DNA from: a virus
Lineage: Duplodnaviria > Heunggongvirae > Uroviricota > Caudoviricetes
Strand: one strand, 5' to 3'
Length of the DNA stretch: 64,000 nt
Virus record (IMG/VR): IMGVR_UViG_3300021404_000007
Coordinates: 1-64,000 of that record
The position numbers and the translations under genes are program-made. The notes beneath the pieces were generated by a model. That model saw only the letters and a list, made by a program, of their open reading frames with translations, did not search any database and was not told the origin of the DNA. How positions within the stretch are numbered: the first letter of the stretch is position 1; every line of letters begins with the position of its first letter. This document shows positions 15,895-25,774 of this stretch, piece by piece.

Positions 15895-15930
15895 AACGTG
15901 GTAGCGCGCTGTTATATAATGGTAGTTGCG
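15895..15930 (+). promoter_or_regulatory. GTAGCGCGCT palindrome plus TGTTATATAAT extended -10
   Basis: Variant of the promoter-operator module. Confidence 0.45.
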
Positions 15931-15981
15931 GTAACGCACAGGCCACCGGCATGACGCCGCTGGAGAAAGGTGGAGCAGCAG

Positions 15982-16539
15982 ATGACTGCACCCGAGGATG
16001 GCAAGAAACCAGAACCGGCCCCGCATGAGTCGGGGTTGAGAGCAGCGAGGAAGGAGAGGGCTGCCGCCACCAAGGCGGCAGCCAAGAAGGCGCCACCGCA
16101 CAACGTGACGCACATCAACAGCGCCAAGAGCGCGGCCAAGACGCCCGCGAAGAAGGCGGCAGCCAAGAAGGCGCCGGCCAAGAAAGCCCCGGCCAAGACG
16201 GTTGCAGCCGTCCCCAAGGCGCCGGTGCTGCGCGACGCGGACCACCCGTGGTACAGCCGCACCAGCTATACGGCGCGGCCCGGCCAGAAGCTGTATGAGG
16301 CGACGGGTGAAAGCGGCCAAATTGCCGTGCGGTCGTTCCCCACGGTGATGACGCACGCGGTGAGCGTGGCGTATGTGAACTACCCAGGCGAGAGGGCTGA
16401 GTACATCCGCAAGGGTGTGATCTACAGCTTCTACCCCAACGCCGAGGCCGCGGAGAAGATCGCCAGCAAGCTCAACAAGGACCCGGACCACGCCAAGGTT
16501 GTCGAGGTGCGCGAGTACAGGGGACAAGGGGAGAAGTAA
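15982..16539 (+). CDS. protein with an N-terminal Lys/Ala-rich (AAKKAPAKKAPAK) histone-H1/HupB-like tail plus a C-terminal globular domain
   Basis: 186 aa with typical high-GC codon usage. Confidence 0.55.
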   Translation: MTAPEDGKKPEPAPHESGLRAARKERAAATKAAAKKAPPHNVTHINSAKSAAKTPAKKAAAKKAPAKKAPAKTVAAVPKAPVLRDADHPWYSRTSYTARPGQKLYEATGESGQIAVRSFPTVMTHAVSVAYVNYPGERAEYIRKGVIYSFYPNAEAAEKIASKLNKDPDHAKVVEVREYRGQGEK

Positions 16540-16718
16540 TGACACACCCACACATTGAGAAGGCCGAGGAGCTGCTGGCCAAGGCAGCCACGCAGCTCTT
16601 CGAGGGCTCGATGGAGTGGCAGGAAGCCTTGGTGACCCTCCTGACGGCCAACACCGAGGCGACCCTGGCCGTGGCAATCGAGCTGCGGGCCCTACGACAA
16701 GGAGGGATGAGGAGCTAG
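16539..16718 (+). CDS. hypothetical protein (59 aa)
   Basis: TAATG overlap. Confidence 0.4.
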   Translation: MTHPHIEKAEELLAKAATQLFEGSMEWQEALVTLLTANTEATLAVAIELRALRQGGMRS

Positions 16719-17335
16719 TGGAAAACCCGTACTGGGATGCCGTGAAGGACCATGTGGTCACGGGCCACCTGTTCGGCGAGACCCAACAGGTGCAGCGATG
16801 GGACTTCAGCGGCGGCAAGCTCAGTATCGACGGCTACCCGGAGCGCAGCGAGTGGGTGCACAACTGCAGCTGGACTATCACGGATCCCGACAGCATCGAG
16901 TTCGTCGCCAAGTACGCGCAGGAGGGGTTGGTCGACCCGATGGCCGGGACCGGCTATTGGGCTTACGTGCTGGGCCAGCTCGGGGTCGATGTCGTGTGCT
17001 ACGACAAGGCGCCGGGGGACAACGAGTGGCACATCGACGGCAAGACACACGTCGACATGACCGCGATGGACGGCTGGGACTCGGTGGCGCTGCACCAGGA
17101 CCGGACGCTGCTGCTGTCCTGGCCGCCCTACGACGAGGACGTGGGCACCCGCATCCTGGCCGCGTACCAGGGCCAGCGCGTCATCTACATGGGCGAGGGA
17201 GTGGGCGGCTGCACCGGCGACTCGGACATGCACGACCAGCTCGACCAGTGGTGGCACGCACTGGACGAGCGGGTGCCCGTCCAGTGGGAGGGGCTGCACG
17301 ACCGCATCACCATCTACGAGAGGAGAGAGGTATGA
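16718..17335 (+). CDS. DNA methyltransferase, amino-MTase gamma-like (motif I DPMAGTGYW, motif IV SWPPY)
   Basis: GTG start overlapping the upstream stop. (D/N/S)PPY and FxGxG motifs are in I-before-IV order. Confidence 0.5.
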   Translation: MENPYWDAVKDHVVTGHLFGETQQVQRWDFSGGKLSIDGYPERSEWVHNCSWTITDPDSIEFVAKYAQEGLVDPMAGTGYWAYVLGQLGVDVVCYDKAPGDNEWHIDGKTHVDMTAMDGWDSVALHQDRTLLLSWPPYDEDVGTRILAAYQGQRVIYMGEGVGGCTGDSDMHDQLDQWWHALDERVPVQWEGLHDRITIYERREV

Positions 17336-17748
17336 CCCTGAAGGGCCCCGCGCCGAGGCCTTGTGAATCGTGCCCGTACCGGCTCGACGTGCCGTCCGGG
17401 GTGTGGAACGCCGAGGAGTACGAGAAGCTGCGGGACTACGACAACCCCCTGATCGCGCAGCCATGCGCCGTGTTCCAGTGCCACCAGACCGGCCGGGATG
17501 ACCGCAACGGGCGGCTGTGCGCGGGCTGGGTCGCGGTGCACGGTGACGACCTGCTGATCCTGCGCCTGGGTGTGGCGCAGGGTGGCATCGACCCGGCGGT
17601 GATGAGCTACAGCACCGACGTGCCGCTGTTCGAGTCCGGCACCGAGGCGGCTGAGCACGGTGAGCGGGACATCGAACACCCCGGCAAGCGGGCCAGGGAG
17701 ATGGTGGCCAAGATCGTGGCCAGCCGCGACGACGTGAGGTTCGGATGA
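17332..17748 (+). CDS. hypothetical Cys-rich protein
   Basis: ATGA overlap; 138 aa. Confidence 0.5.
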   Translation: MTLKGPAPRPCESCPYRLDVPSGVWNAEEYEKLRDYDNPLIAQPCAVFQCHQTGRDDRNGRLCAGWVAVHGDDLLILRLGVAQGGIDPAVMSYSTDVPLFESGTEAAEHGERDIEHPGKRAREMVAKIVASRDDVRFG

Positions 17749-17954
17749 GCCGGGCGTGGCGCCATGTCCGCTGCCCGACCTGTGGTGCGGCACCCGGTAT
17801 GCGCTGCCAGACCGAGACTGGACGGCCTGCCAACCAGCCGCACCTGTCACGGCACGACTTGGCCATCGAATACCTGTGGTCGAACGAACCCTTTCCGGAG
17901 TCGCACCTACGCCCTATCAAGACGGTCTACCTACCAGGAGATGCACATGAGTGA
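17745..17954 (+). CDS. zinc-ribbon protein (CPTCG...C)
   Basis: ATGA overlap. Confidence 0.5.
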   Translation: MSRAWRHVRCPTCGAAPGMRCQTETGRPANQPHLSRHDLAIEYLWSNEPFPESHLRPIKTVYLPGDAHE

Positions 17955-18156
17955 GACGTTGCCGCGCACCTTTGAGTGCGCGGTGTGCCACGAGACGTTC
18001 GAGGTCGACCCGGACTTCACAGCGGAGATGGCCCGTGCCGAATACGAGGAGCTGCACCATCAGCCCTTCCCCGGCATGGACAAGGTGGGCATCACCTGCG
18101 ACGACTGCGCCGTGGAGGTCATCGAGTGGGCGAAGGGGAAGGGGCTGCTGCCGTGA
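17947..18156 (+). CDS. zinc-binding protein (CAVC...CDDC)
   Basis: 8-nt overlap (ATGAGTGA). Confidence 0.5.
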   Translation: MSETLPRTFECAVCHETFEVDPDFTAEMARAEYEELHHQPFPGMDKVGITCDDCAVEVIEWAKGKGLLP

Positions 18157-18752
18157 AGACGGATCCGCACATGGGCATGAATGACGTACCCGACTGCCTG
18201 CGTAACCGGCCCTTCGACGAGCGGCGCAAGCTACCGGTCCCGTTCGTGCATGACACGCTGGACGGGCAGTGGGATTTCACCGCCGTCCTGGCTCAGCGGC
18301 TGGTGGACTGCATCAAGCACCGGCTCTGCGGCCAGTGTGGTGAGCCGCTGGGCTGGTGGATCGCGTTCCTCGGTGGCCCGGTGTCGGCATTGACGGGTGT
18401 TTACAGCGACCCGCCGATGCATGAGGAGTGCGGTCGCGCGGCGCTGAACCTGTGCCCGCACATCAACCGGGTCACCATGAAGCGCGCCACCAAGGGAACG
18501 CTGCCGGGACCGCGTACCCATGCACCGGAGGCGATCATGGACCGCACCCGCGTGTGGGTGCTGACGATCACCCGCGACTACCGGGTGGAGATGCAACCCA
18601 ACCGGGTGCCGCTGCTGGTCGCCAAGTCCATCAAACGTAGATACGGCTGGCGTAACCGTGAAGACGCACCGGGTCTGGTCGAGATGGCCGAGGCCGAACT
18701 ATTCGACGCCTTGGCGGTAGCCAGGGACTACGTGAGGAGGACCTACGAATGA
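18153..18752 (+). CDS. hypothetical protein (199 aa)
   Basis: GTGA overlap. Confidence 0.5.
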   Translation: MKTDPHMGMNDVPDCLRNRPFDERRKLPVPFVHDTLDGQWDFTAVLAQRLVDCIKHRLCGQCGEPLGWWIAFLGGPVSALTGVYSDPPMHEECGRAALNLCPHINRVTMKRATKGTLPGPRTHAPEAIMDRTRVWVLTITRDYRVEMQPNRVPLLVAKSIKRRYGWRNREDAPGLVEMAEAELFDALAVARDYVRRTYE

Positions 18753-19003
18753 AGACGCTCCCCCACATGGCGGTGGCGGCGGTCGCCGCGGCGCTGCCGG
18801 ACGTGGCGCTGCTGCTCGCGGTGCGCCGCCGGTGGCTGCCGCGCGACCATCCGGTCATCCGGGTCCATGCGTGGCTGCACCAGAGCGGCTGGGGGTTTGT
18901 CTTGGCCGGCTTGCTCGGCTGGGGGAGTCACCTCGTGGCAGATCGCCTGACGAGGCACAACACCGCACCCGGTGTGCGGTCGAGGAGAGGATGGAAATGG
19001 TAG
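18749..19003 (+). CDS. membrane protein
   Basis: ATGA overlap; 2 TM. Confidence 0.5.
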   Translation: MKTLPHMAVAAVAAALPDVALLLAVRRRWLPRDHPVIRVHAWLHQSGWGFVLAGLLGWGSHLVADRLTRHNTAPGVRSRRGWKW

Positions 19004-19362
19004 GCGAGACAGTCCCGCACGACGGCCTGATGATGACGGAAACCAGCACCGACGACGAGGTGCGGGTCATCAGGATCATCGGTCTGATCAACGGCGGCAA
19101 GACGGCGTTCGACGGGCAGTACCTGGTGCAGTACGACCCCGGCCGCGGCGGTGTGGAGCCGGTGACCGGCAGGCCGATGCTGTGCCACATGGTCACCCAC
19201 CCGGACGTGGAGCAGGCCACCAAGTACTCCGTCACGGACGCGGTCAAGGTGTGGCAGGCGGTGGACCCGCGCCACCCGGTGCGAGCGGACGGCAAGCCCA
19301 ACCGCCCGCTGACCGCCTTCAGTGTGGAGATCATGCCGCCGGACGCGGAGCCGTTCCTGTGA
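18991..19362 (+). CDS. hypothetical protein
   Basis: SD GAGGAGAGG. Confidence 0.5.
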   Translation: MEMVGETVPHDGLMMTETSTDDEVRVIRIIGLINGGKTAFDGQYLVQYDPGRGGVEPVTGRPMLCHMVTHPDVEQATKYSVTDAVKVWQAVDPRHPVRADGKPNRPLTAFSVEIMPPDAEPFL

Positions 19363-20117
19363 TCGTGCTGCTGCACAGCGGTGGACTTGACTCGCATGTG
19401 TGTTTCTTGATGCACCCAGACTGGAAGCCGGTGTACGTGGCACACGGCAGCGAGAACGAGGAGGCCGAGCTCAAGGCGCTGACCGACCTGCAGGAGCTGG
19501 ACCCGCGCTTCCGGGTGGTGGTGCTCCGGGCGGTGACTGGCGCCGCCAGGCACGACGGCCACATCGCCCACCGGAACCTGCTGCTGCTGACCACCGCGCT
19601 GGCCGTGTTTCCCATGGCGGAAGCCGTGGCCTTTGGTGCCCTGCTGGGTGAGGGATCGGGCGACAAGAGCCGGGCCTTCTGCCGTGCCACCGAGCGGGTG
19701 TGGCGGCTGAGCGAGGGCCGCAATGTCAAACTGTTGCGCCCGCTACGGCACATGACCAAGGCGCGTGCGCTGCGGCACGGTATGGCACTGCCGGGTGGAC
19801 GTGGGCTGGCTGTAACGACAAGCTGCTACCACGGCACGCACTGTGGGCGGTGTCAAGCCTGCTTCCGGCTGGGCATTGCCCGCTACCTGTGCGGGCTGGA
19901 CGCGGTGCCGCCGAAGCTACCGGCCGAGACGCTGGGGATACAGGCCACGCTGGAAGCGACCCCGGTGCGGCGCTGGCCCGCGCTGGCGCTGGCGAACGTG
20001 GACGTGCTGCGGGCGTACGCCCTCGCACGGCTGCGGCGGAACCTGGCCAAGCCGTACATCGGCGCCGGGCCACAGAGCTTAGGTCGGCATGGTGCCGACC
20101 GGGAGAGGGAGAAATGA
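19359..20117 (+). CDS. queC: 7-cyano-7-deazaguanine synthase QueC
   Basis: N-terminal PP-loop LLHSGGLDS; C-terminal Zn site SCYHGTHCGRCQACFRLGIA; 252 aa. Confidence 0.75.
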   Translation: MIVLLHSGGLDSHVCFLMHPDWKPVYVAHGSENEEAELKALTDLQELDPRFRVVVLRAVTGAARHDGHIAHRNLLLLTTALAVFPMAEAVAFGALLGEGSGDKSRAFCRATERVWRLSEGRNVKLLRPLRHMTKARALRHGMALPGGRGLAVTTSCYHGTHCGRCQACFRLGIARYLCGLDAVPPKLPAETLGIQATLEATPVRRWPALALANVDVLRAYALARLRRNLAKPYIGAGPQSLGRHGADREREK

Positions 20118-20401
20118 AACACGGTAACCGGAGCGAAGTGCAAAGCCGGGGGTGGTGGGTCAACTGGAAGTGGGCCGTGCTGATCATCGGCTGGGTATGG
20201 ATCATCGGTGTGTTCTGCGGCATGGCCGTGGCCCGCGCCGACGACGGTGACGACGACACCACCAAGGCCAGCATCTGCACGGCGTGGAACCTGGGGGAGT
20301 CGCCGGGGCAGATCGCCGATCAGCTGCACCAGGGCCAGCCGCGGTTTCCGATCTGGACGACCACCCGGCAGACCTGGGACACGTTGCAGGAGGGCTGCTG
20401 A
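20114..20401 (+). CDS. membrane protein
   Basis: ATGA overlap. Confidence 0.45.
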   Translation: MKHGNRSEVQSRGWWVNWKWAVLIIGWVWIIGVFCGMAVARADDGDDDTTKASICTAWNLGESPGQIADQLHQGQPRFPIWTTTRQTWDTLQEGC

Positions 20402-20406
20402 GTGAC

Positions 20407-21021
20407 ATGACGAATCCGGAGCTGATCCGTGCCGCACGGGCCAGCTTGTCCCAGCATTTCGACCGGCCTCCACTGGACATGGGCGTGGAGGCCGGGATCG
20501 TGTGGGCCATCGTGGCGTCGCCCGGCACCGGGGTCAACGGGTACGCGCTCGTCCCGGCCGAGGGCCACCCGTGGTCCACCGGGTTTCCGGGCGACGAGGA
20601 CATGTATGTCGACCGGGATCGATCACGTAAGAACCTACGGCTGTTCTGGGAGATCCAGAAGCGCAAGGGTGGCGGCACCGCGCCCGAGGACATGGGCAAG
20701 GTGTTCGAGGAGATGGCGCAGACCGAGGGCTACGAGAAGATGCCCAGCGACAACCTGGACGACTACCTCGTCGTGCACGGCGGCGTGACGTACTACCACC
20801 ACCCGTGGGTCGGGTTCGACACCGGGCACGCCTGGGATATCTGGGGACCGGAGTACGACCCGCACGGCATCAGCGCCCGGTTCGCGTCGGTGGACCACAA
20901 GTGGGACGTGCACTGGACACCGGAGCTGGTGGCCGAGGAAGCCAAGCGGCTGGCCCGGCAGCTGGCCGAGATTGGGGTGTTGGAGAAGAACTTGGAGATC
21001 GAGGAGGAAAAGGATCGGTGA
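20407..21021 (+). CDS. hypothetical protein (204 aa)
   Basis: ATG 6 nt after the upstream stop. Confidence 0.5.
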   Translation: MTNPELIRAARASLSQHFDRPPLDMGVEAGIVWAIVASPGTGVNGYALVPAEGHPWSTGFPGDEDMYVDRDRSRKNLRLFWEIQKRKGGGTAPEDMGKVFEEMAQTEGYEKMPSDNLDDYLVVHGGVTYYHHPWVGFDTGHAWDIWGPEYDPHGISARFASVDHKWDVHWTPELVAEEAKRLARQLAEIGVLEKNLEIEEEKDR

Positions 21022-21335
21022 AGGTGTGTCGCTACCCGCTAGACGTGCTGGGGCATCAGGTGCTCAAGCTGCCGCTGTCCACCCAGCCGCTGTCGGTCTC
21101 GCTGGCCTGGCGGAAGGAAGGGCTGATCGACCTGTGGGCGCTGGTGCCGGAGGTGGCACCGCTGGTGTCCTACGACTTTTACGTGGTGCCCAGCGACGAC
21201 ACCATGCCAGCCGAGCTGAGTAGGCATGGGATGCACGCGGTGGGTGAGATGTTCATCGGCACCGTCGTCACGCCGGGCCACCTGGTCCAGGGCGAAACCG
21301 ACGTGTGGCACGTATTCCTGGGGCCACCCCAGTGA
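21018..21335 (+). CDS. hypothetical protein
   Basis: GTGA overlap. Confidence 0.45.
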   Translation: MKVCRYPLDVLGHQVLKLPLSTQPLSVSLAWRKEGLIDLWALVPEVAPLVSYDFYVVPSDDTMPAELSRHGMHAVGEMFIGTVVTPGHLVQGETDVWHVFLGPPQ

Positions 21336-21374
21336 TAGAGACCTGCGGCAGGGAGCCGCCGGGGAAGGGAAGAG

Positions 21375-21710
21375 ATGAAGAAGTCAGAAATCATCAGGCA
21401 GGCGGCGGGCCGCGTGCGGCATGTGGCCGGTGGCCAGCGTGTCTGCTACTGCACACCGAGCCGGGAGATGGTGCTCAGCATCCAGGACGTCGCCATGAAC
21501 AACCTGCCGGTCGCCGAGCGGGCCGTGATCCCCAGCCTGATGGGGATGGTGGCGCAGAAGCTGCGCGAGGTGACCGGCCGCACCGGCAAGGGGGAGTCGC
21601 TGCGCGAGTTCGACACCGAGGACACCGACGCGGCTTACGCGCTGACCGACCGCGTTGTGGAGGAGGCGTTTGAGAAGGCAGCCGTGATGTACGAGGAGCA
21701 CGGAGACTAG
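21375..21710 (+). CDS. hypothetical protein
   Basis: SD GGGAAGGGAAGAG. Confidence 0.5.
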   Translation: MKKSEIIRQAAGRVRHVAGGQRVCYCTPSREMVLSIQDVAMNNLPVAERAVIPSLMGMVAQKLREVTGRTGKGESLREFDTEDTDAAYALTDRVVEEAFEKAAVMYEEHGD

Positions 21711-21718
21711 TGACGGCG

Positions 21719-21762
21719 CGGGCGCCGGTCCGGCTGACTGGGACCGGCGCCCGCGTCGCCCA
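21719..21762 (+). terminator. GC-rich hairpin GCGGGCGCCGGTCC...GGACCGGCGCCCGC
   Basis: 14-bp perfect inverted repeat after the stop. Confidence 0.45.
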
Positions 21763-21860
21763 ACCATAGACCTTGGCAAGAGAAGGACAACTGGTCCACT
21801 CAATGCCGGAGGAAAAGACCTGGGGCACAACGCCGCAGGCGATGAAGAAGAAAGGGCATC

Positions 21861-22670
21861 ATGCCTGAATCACCAACACAAGTCATCCGACGGGTCGGCA
21901 CCGAGAGGCTGCTCATCCCGATCATCGGCACAGCGCCGCTGATCATGCACCGTTGGAGCGAGAAGGCGCGGCGAGAGCTGCTCGAATCGCAACAGGGCAA
22001 GAAGAAGATCAAGACGCCGCTGGACCCGCAGGCCGAGTACGAGGCGTCCAGCTACCGCATCGAGGGTGTTGAGGTACCGATCCTAGGCCGGGACCCCCGG
22101 ACGCCGGTCGAAACCCACAGCACGGAATCGCAGGCGCGACGGAACGCGGAGGACGCTGAGCGTGGGCGTGACCCGCAGATGGCACCCATCGAGACCGTCG
22201 AGGGGCCCGTCTACGGGTTCCCCGCCCTGGCGTTCAAGAGCGCCACGGTGGAGACGTTCCGGTTCTTCGACAAGTCCGTGACCAAGGTCATGCTGCAGCA
22301 GTCCCTGTATTTCAAGGGCGTCTTCTCCAAGTCCGAACCGATGAGCCTGGTGCGCATCTACGGCGAGCCGCAGATGCGAGAGGACATCGTCACGGTGGGT
22401 ATGGGCACCCAGCCCCGCTACCGTGCGGAGTTCGAGGAGTGGCGAGCCGTGCTGGACGTGCGGTACGTGACGGCCACGCTGGACCCTGGCACCGTGCTCA
22501 ACCTGATTGAATCCGGCGGCATGTTCGTCGGGGTGGGCGAGTGGCGCCCGGAGAAGTCAGGGGAGTCCGGCACGTATGAGATCGACGACACCCGTGAGGT
22601 GGTGGCCGTGCAAGAGGGCGGCGACGAGACACCACTTGAGCCCACAACGGCAGCGAAGGCACGCCGGTGA
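21861..22670 (+). CDS. hypothetical protein (269 aa)
   Basis: Long ORF after a terminator; function not recognised. Confidence 0.55.
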   Translation: MPESPTQVIRRVGTERLLIPIIGTAPLIMHRWSEKARRELLESQQGKKKIKTPLDPQAEYEASSYRIEGVEVPILGRDPRTPVETHSTESQARRNAEDAERGRDPQMAPIETVEGPVYGFPALAFKSATVETFRFFDKSVTKVMLQQSLYFKGVFSKSEPMSLVRIYGEPQMREDIVTVGMGTQPRYRAEFEEWRAVLDVRYVTATLDPGTVLNLIESGGMFVGVGEWRPEKSGESGTYEIDDTREVVAVQEGGDETPLEPTTAAKARR

Positions 22671-23155
22671 GCGAGCCGCACGACGAACTGGAAACAGTCG
22701 GGCTGCCCAGCGTAGCCATCGCCGTGTTCGAGGACGCGGCGGATCGTGGTGTCCTCGATGGCGAACTGCTGCACGACGAGTTCGCGCAGGAGGATCATCC
22801 GCTGCACAACTACCTGGAGTGGGATGACGCCAAGGCCGCACGGGCTCACCGTGTCGACCAGATCAACGGCATGGTGCGCAAGGTCAAGTACCAGTGGTGG
22901 GTGGACGACCGGCCCAAGCGGGTGCGGCGCTTCATCTCGCAGAAGTACACCGGGAACATCGAGCGGCTCAACGGCTACACGCGCATCGAGGACGTGGTGC
23001 GTAACCCGCTGCAGACGAAGATCATGCTGCGGGAGCTGAAGAAGAAACTTCGGGAGCTGCAGGATCGCTACGGCGACTTGGAGGAGTTCACGGAGATGAT
23101 TCAGGGGCTGCTGCCCAACGGTGACGACGACGACGGGCAGGAGGCAACCGGGTAA
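22667..23155 (+). CDS. hypothetical protein
   Basis: GTGA overlap. Confidence 0.5.
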   Translation: MSEPHDELETVGLPSVAIAVFEDAADRGVLDGELLHDEFAQEDHPLHNYLEWDDAKAARAHRVDQINGMVRKVKYQWWVDDRPKRVRRFISQKYTGNIERLNGYTRIEDVVRNPLQTKIMLRELKKKLRELQDRYGDLEEFTEMIQGLLPNGDDDDGQEATG

Positions 23156-23162
23156 AGACCCT

Positions 23163-23203
23163 CGCGTGGCCCGTTCACCCTCGGGGCGGGCCACGCGAGC
23201 CTC
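23163..23203 (+). terminator. 13-bp stem hairpin CTCGCGTGGCCCG...CGGGCCACGCGAG
   Basis: Directly after the stop of 22667..23155; precedes the repeat expanse. Confidence 0.5.
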
Positions 23204-25760
23204 GGCTTGGCGGGCTTCGTCTCGGCGGGGCATGGCAGGGCTCGGGCGGCTCGGCTTGGCAGGCTGGGATGGCCCGTCCCGGCAGGTCCTGGCTTGGCGC
23301 GTCAGGCGTGGCAAGGAGGGCGGTACCGGCTGGGCGGTTCGTGGCTCGGCAGGCAGGTCCAGGCATGAATCGGCTCGGTGGGCCCGGCTCGGCAGGCAGG
23401 GCTTGGATGGCTGCGGTTGGAGGGCTTGGCGTGGCAGGCATGGCCAGTCCGGGGTGGGCTTTGCAGGGATGGCTCGGCGAGGTTGGCATGGCAGGCATGT
23501 CGTGGATGGCTTGGACAGCGCGGCCGGGCTCGGGTGGCAGGCCAGTCTTGGCGAGGACGGCGCGGCGCGTCCGGTCCCGGCAGGCTCGGCAGGGTGGGAT
23601 GGCCAGGAATGGTAGGCGTGGCACGGCAGGCTTGGCTAGCGATGGCGTGGCTCGAATGGCGAGGCCGGCTGGGCTAGGTCGGCTCGGCGGGGTCTGCTCG
23701 GCATGGCTGCCAGGGCTCGGCCCGGTCTGCTCGGCTTGGCTGGGCAGGCGGGTCTGGGCGAGGCAGGGTCCGCTTGGCGAGGCAGGTAGGGCTAGGCAGG
23801 TCTGGGCGAGGAGGGCTCGGCTTGGCGAGGCAGGCGCGGGAGGCATGGCGAGGTCGGCTGGGATGGCGGCGCTTGGAGGGCATGGCAGGCGTGGCAAGGA
23901 GTGGCTCGGCTTGGCTCGGTGGGCGTGGCAGGCATGGTTGGCGGGGCGCGACGTGGACGGCATTGGCGGGGCAGCGCCCGGCAGGCGAGGAGTGGCGCGT
24001 CTTGGCCCGGATGGCCGGGCAGCCTTGGCCCGTCCCGTCCCGGCGTGACGGCGCAAGGCCAGGCATGGCTCGGCACGGCAGGCGAGGTAGGCGAGGGCGG
24101 CTTGGGTGGCACGGCGCGGCGTGACCAGGCAGGCATGTCCCGGGTGGCATGGCGGTGGTCCGCACGGCTCGGCAGGCGTGGCGCGTCTTGGTTGGCTTGG
24201 AAGGCACGCTGGGCACGGCAGGGCAGGCTCGGCATGGTTGGCGCTGCAGGGATGGCGGGGCTTGTCCTGGGCAGGCGGGGCAAGGATGGGTGGTTGGCGC
24301 GGCACGGCGTGGCTCGGCACGGCAGGCTAGGCACGGCTTGTCCCGGGCGGCGGGGCGAGGACGGCTCGGCTCGGCAGGCTAGTCGAGGGCGGTTGGCGCG
24401 GTTGGCTCGGCAGGCACGGCATGTCTTGGGCGGCTGGGCTTGCTTGGCACGGCTTGGCATGGCAGGCGTGGCGAGAGGTGGCGCGGAGGGCTGGTCGCGG
24501 AGGGCGCGGCAGGCGAGGCTAGGCGGGGAAGGCGCGGGCGGCGGGGTCGGCGCGGCAGGCACGGTTGGCGAGGCTGGGATGGATGGCTTCGCACGGCAAG
24601 GCAGGCGAGGCTTGATGTGGCTAGGCCCACATGGCGCGGCTCGGCAGGCGCGGGAGGCATGGCGCGGGCGGCATGGCTTGGACCGGCACGGCGTTGGCAG
24701 GCACGGTCGGCGCGGCGGGGCGGGGATGGATGGCGCGTCCTGGTGGGGCCTGTCAGGCGCGGTGGGCTTGGCAGGGATGTCCGGTCTTGGAGCGCAGGCT
24801 CGGTAGGCGTGGAAGGCAAGGTCGGCGCGGCCGGGCAGGCTAGGCAGAGCGCGGATGGCTGGGCGTGGCGGGCCTCGGCTCGGCAGGCTGGGCAGGGATG
24901 GCAGAGCTGGTCCCGGCATCGGTCGGCTGGGCGCGGCGCGGCGTGGCAAGGCAGGCATGGAGTGGCACGTTTGGCGAGGCCGGGATGGCAGGCAAGGTAG
25001 GCCCGGTCCGCTTGGCTTGGCTGGGCAGGCGAAGCGCGGCTAGTCCGGTCAGGGCTTGGCATGGGAGGCCCGGCAGGTGAGGCGGGGCGTTGCTAGGACG
25101 GCAGTGCCAGGCTTGCCAGGCAAGGCGTGGATGGAGTGGACGGTTGGCGAGGCGCGGCAGGCAAGGTCCGTCCGGGCTGGGCTAGCTTTGCGGGTCGCGG
25201 CTAGTCCGGGCAGGCGGGGCTAGGCAGGGACGGGCTCGGAGGGCTCGGTCGGCGCGGCAGGGCGGGGCGGGGCGGGGCAGGCGCGGCTCGGCATGGTCGG
25301 CTTCGGATGGCTCGGCTTGGCAGGCATGGTCGGCTGGGATGGCTAGCGTTGGCGTGTCGCGGTCGGGCTCGGCGGTCTTGGCTAGGCCCGGATGGTTCGG
25401 GCGGGCATGTCCCGGCAGGCGACGCGAGGCAAGGTAGGCGTGGAAGGCATGGCGAGGCCGGGCAGGCAGGGCTTTGCTTGGTTGGCTTGGTTGGCGATGC
25501 CCGGCATGGCAGGCATGGCTTCGCTCGGCGAGGCAGGAACCGGCTAGGCGTGGCTGGGCTCGGCAGGCTCGGCCGGTCACAGCAACGGCAGGGCATGGCC
25601 AGGCGGGGCAGGCACGGCAGGGCAATGCTTGGATGGCGCGGCCGGGCTTGGCTGGGCGGGGCAGGCAGGTCAAGGCTAGGGCGGCATGGCTCGGCCCGGT
25701 TGGCAGGCGGGGCTCGGCGGTTCGGGGTCGGCTCGGCAGGGCAGGGCACGGCAGGCGCGA
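23204..25760. repeat. G-rich degenerate short-period repeat expanse, block 1 (GGCNNGGC words; period about 4-5 / about 9 nt).
   Basis: Dominant words are GGCAGGCATGGC, GGCTCGGC and GGCTTGGC. The + strand is about 49% G versus about 23% C. Open reading frames appear in all six frames (an artefact). Confidence 0.7.
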
Positions 25761-25774
25761 AAGGAACGAGCGTG

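Noticed and set aside
15688-17920. Large - strand ORFs 15688..16818 (376 aa) and 16715..17920 (401 aa)
   Set aside because: Antisense shadows of the + strand genes (K/A-tail protein, MTase), typical of high-GC DNA. The translations are Arg/Pro-rich.
23175-24958. Long ORFs (up to 388 aa) in all six frames across the GGC repeat expanse (e.g. 23792..24958 -, 23175..24320 -, 23269..24048 +, 23901..24806 +)
   Set aside because: Simultaneous open frames on both strands are a repeat artefact. The translations are Pro/Arg/Ala/Gly low-complexity. Codon third positions are atypical for this genome. The region begins right after a terminator hairpin. A Gly-X-Y collagen-like reading was checked and does not hold, because Gly is not phase-locked.
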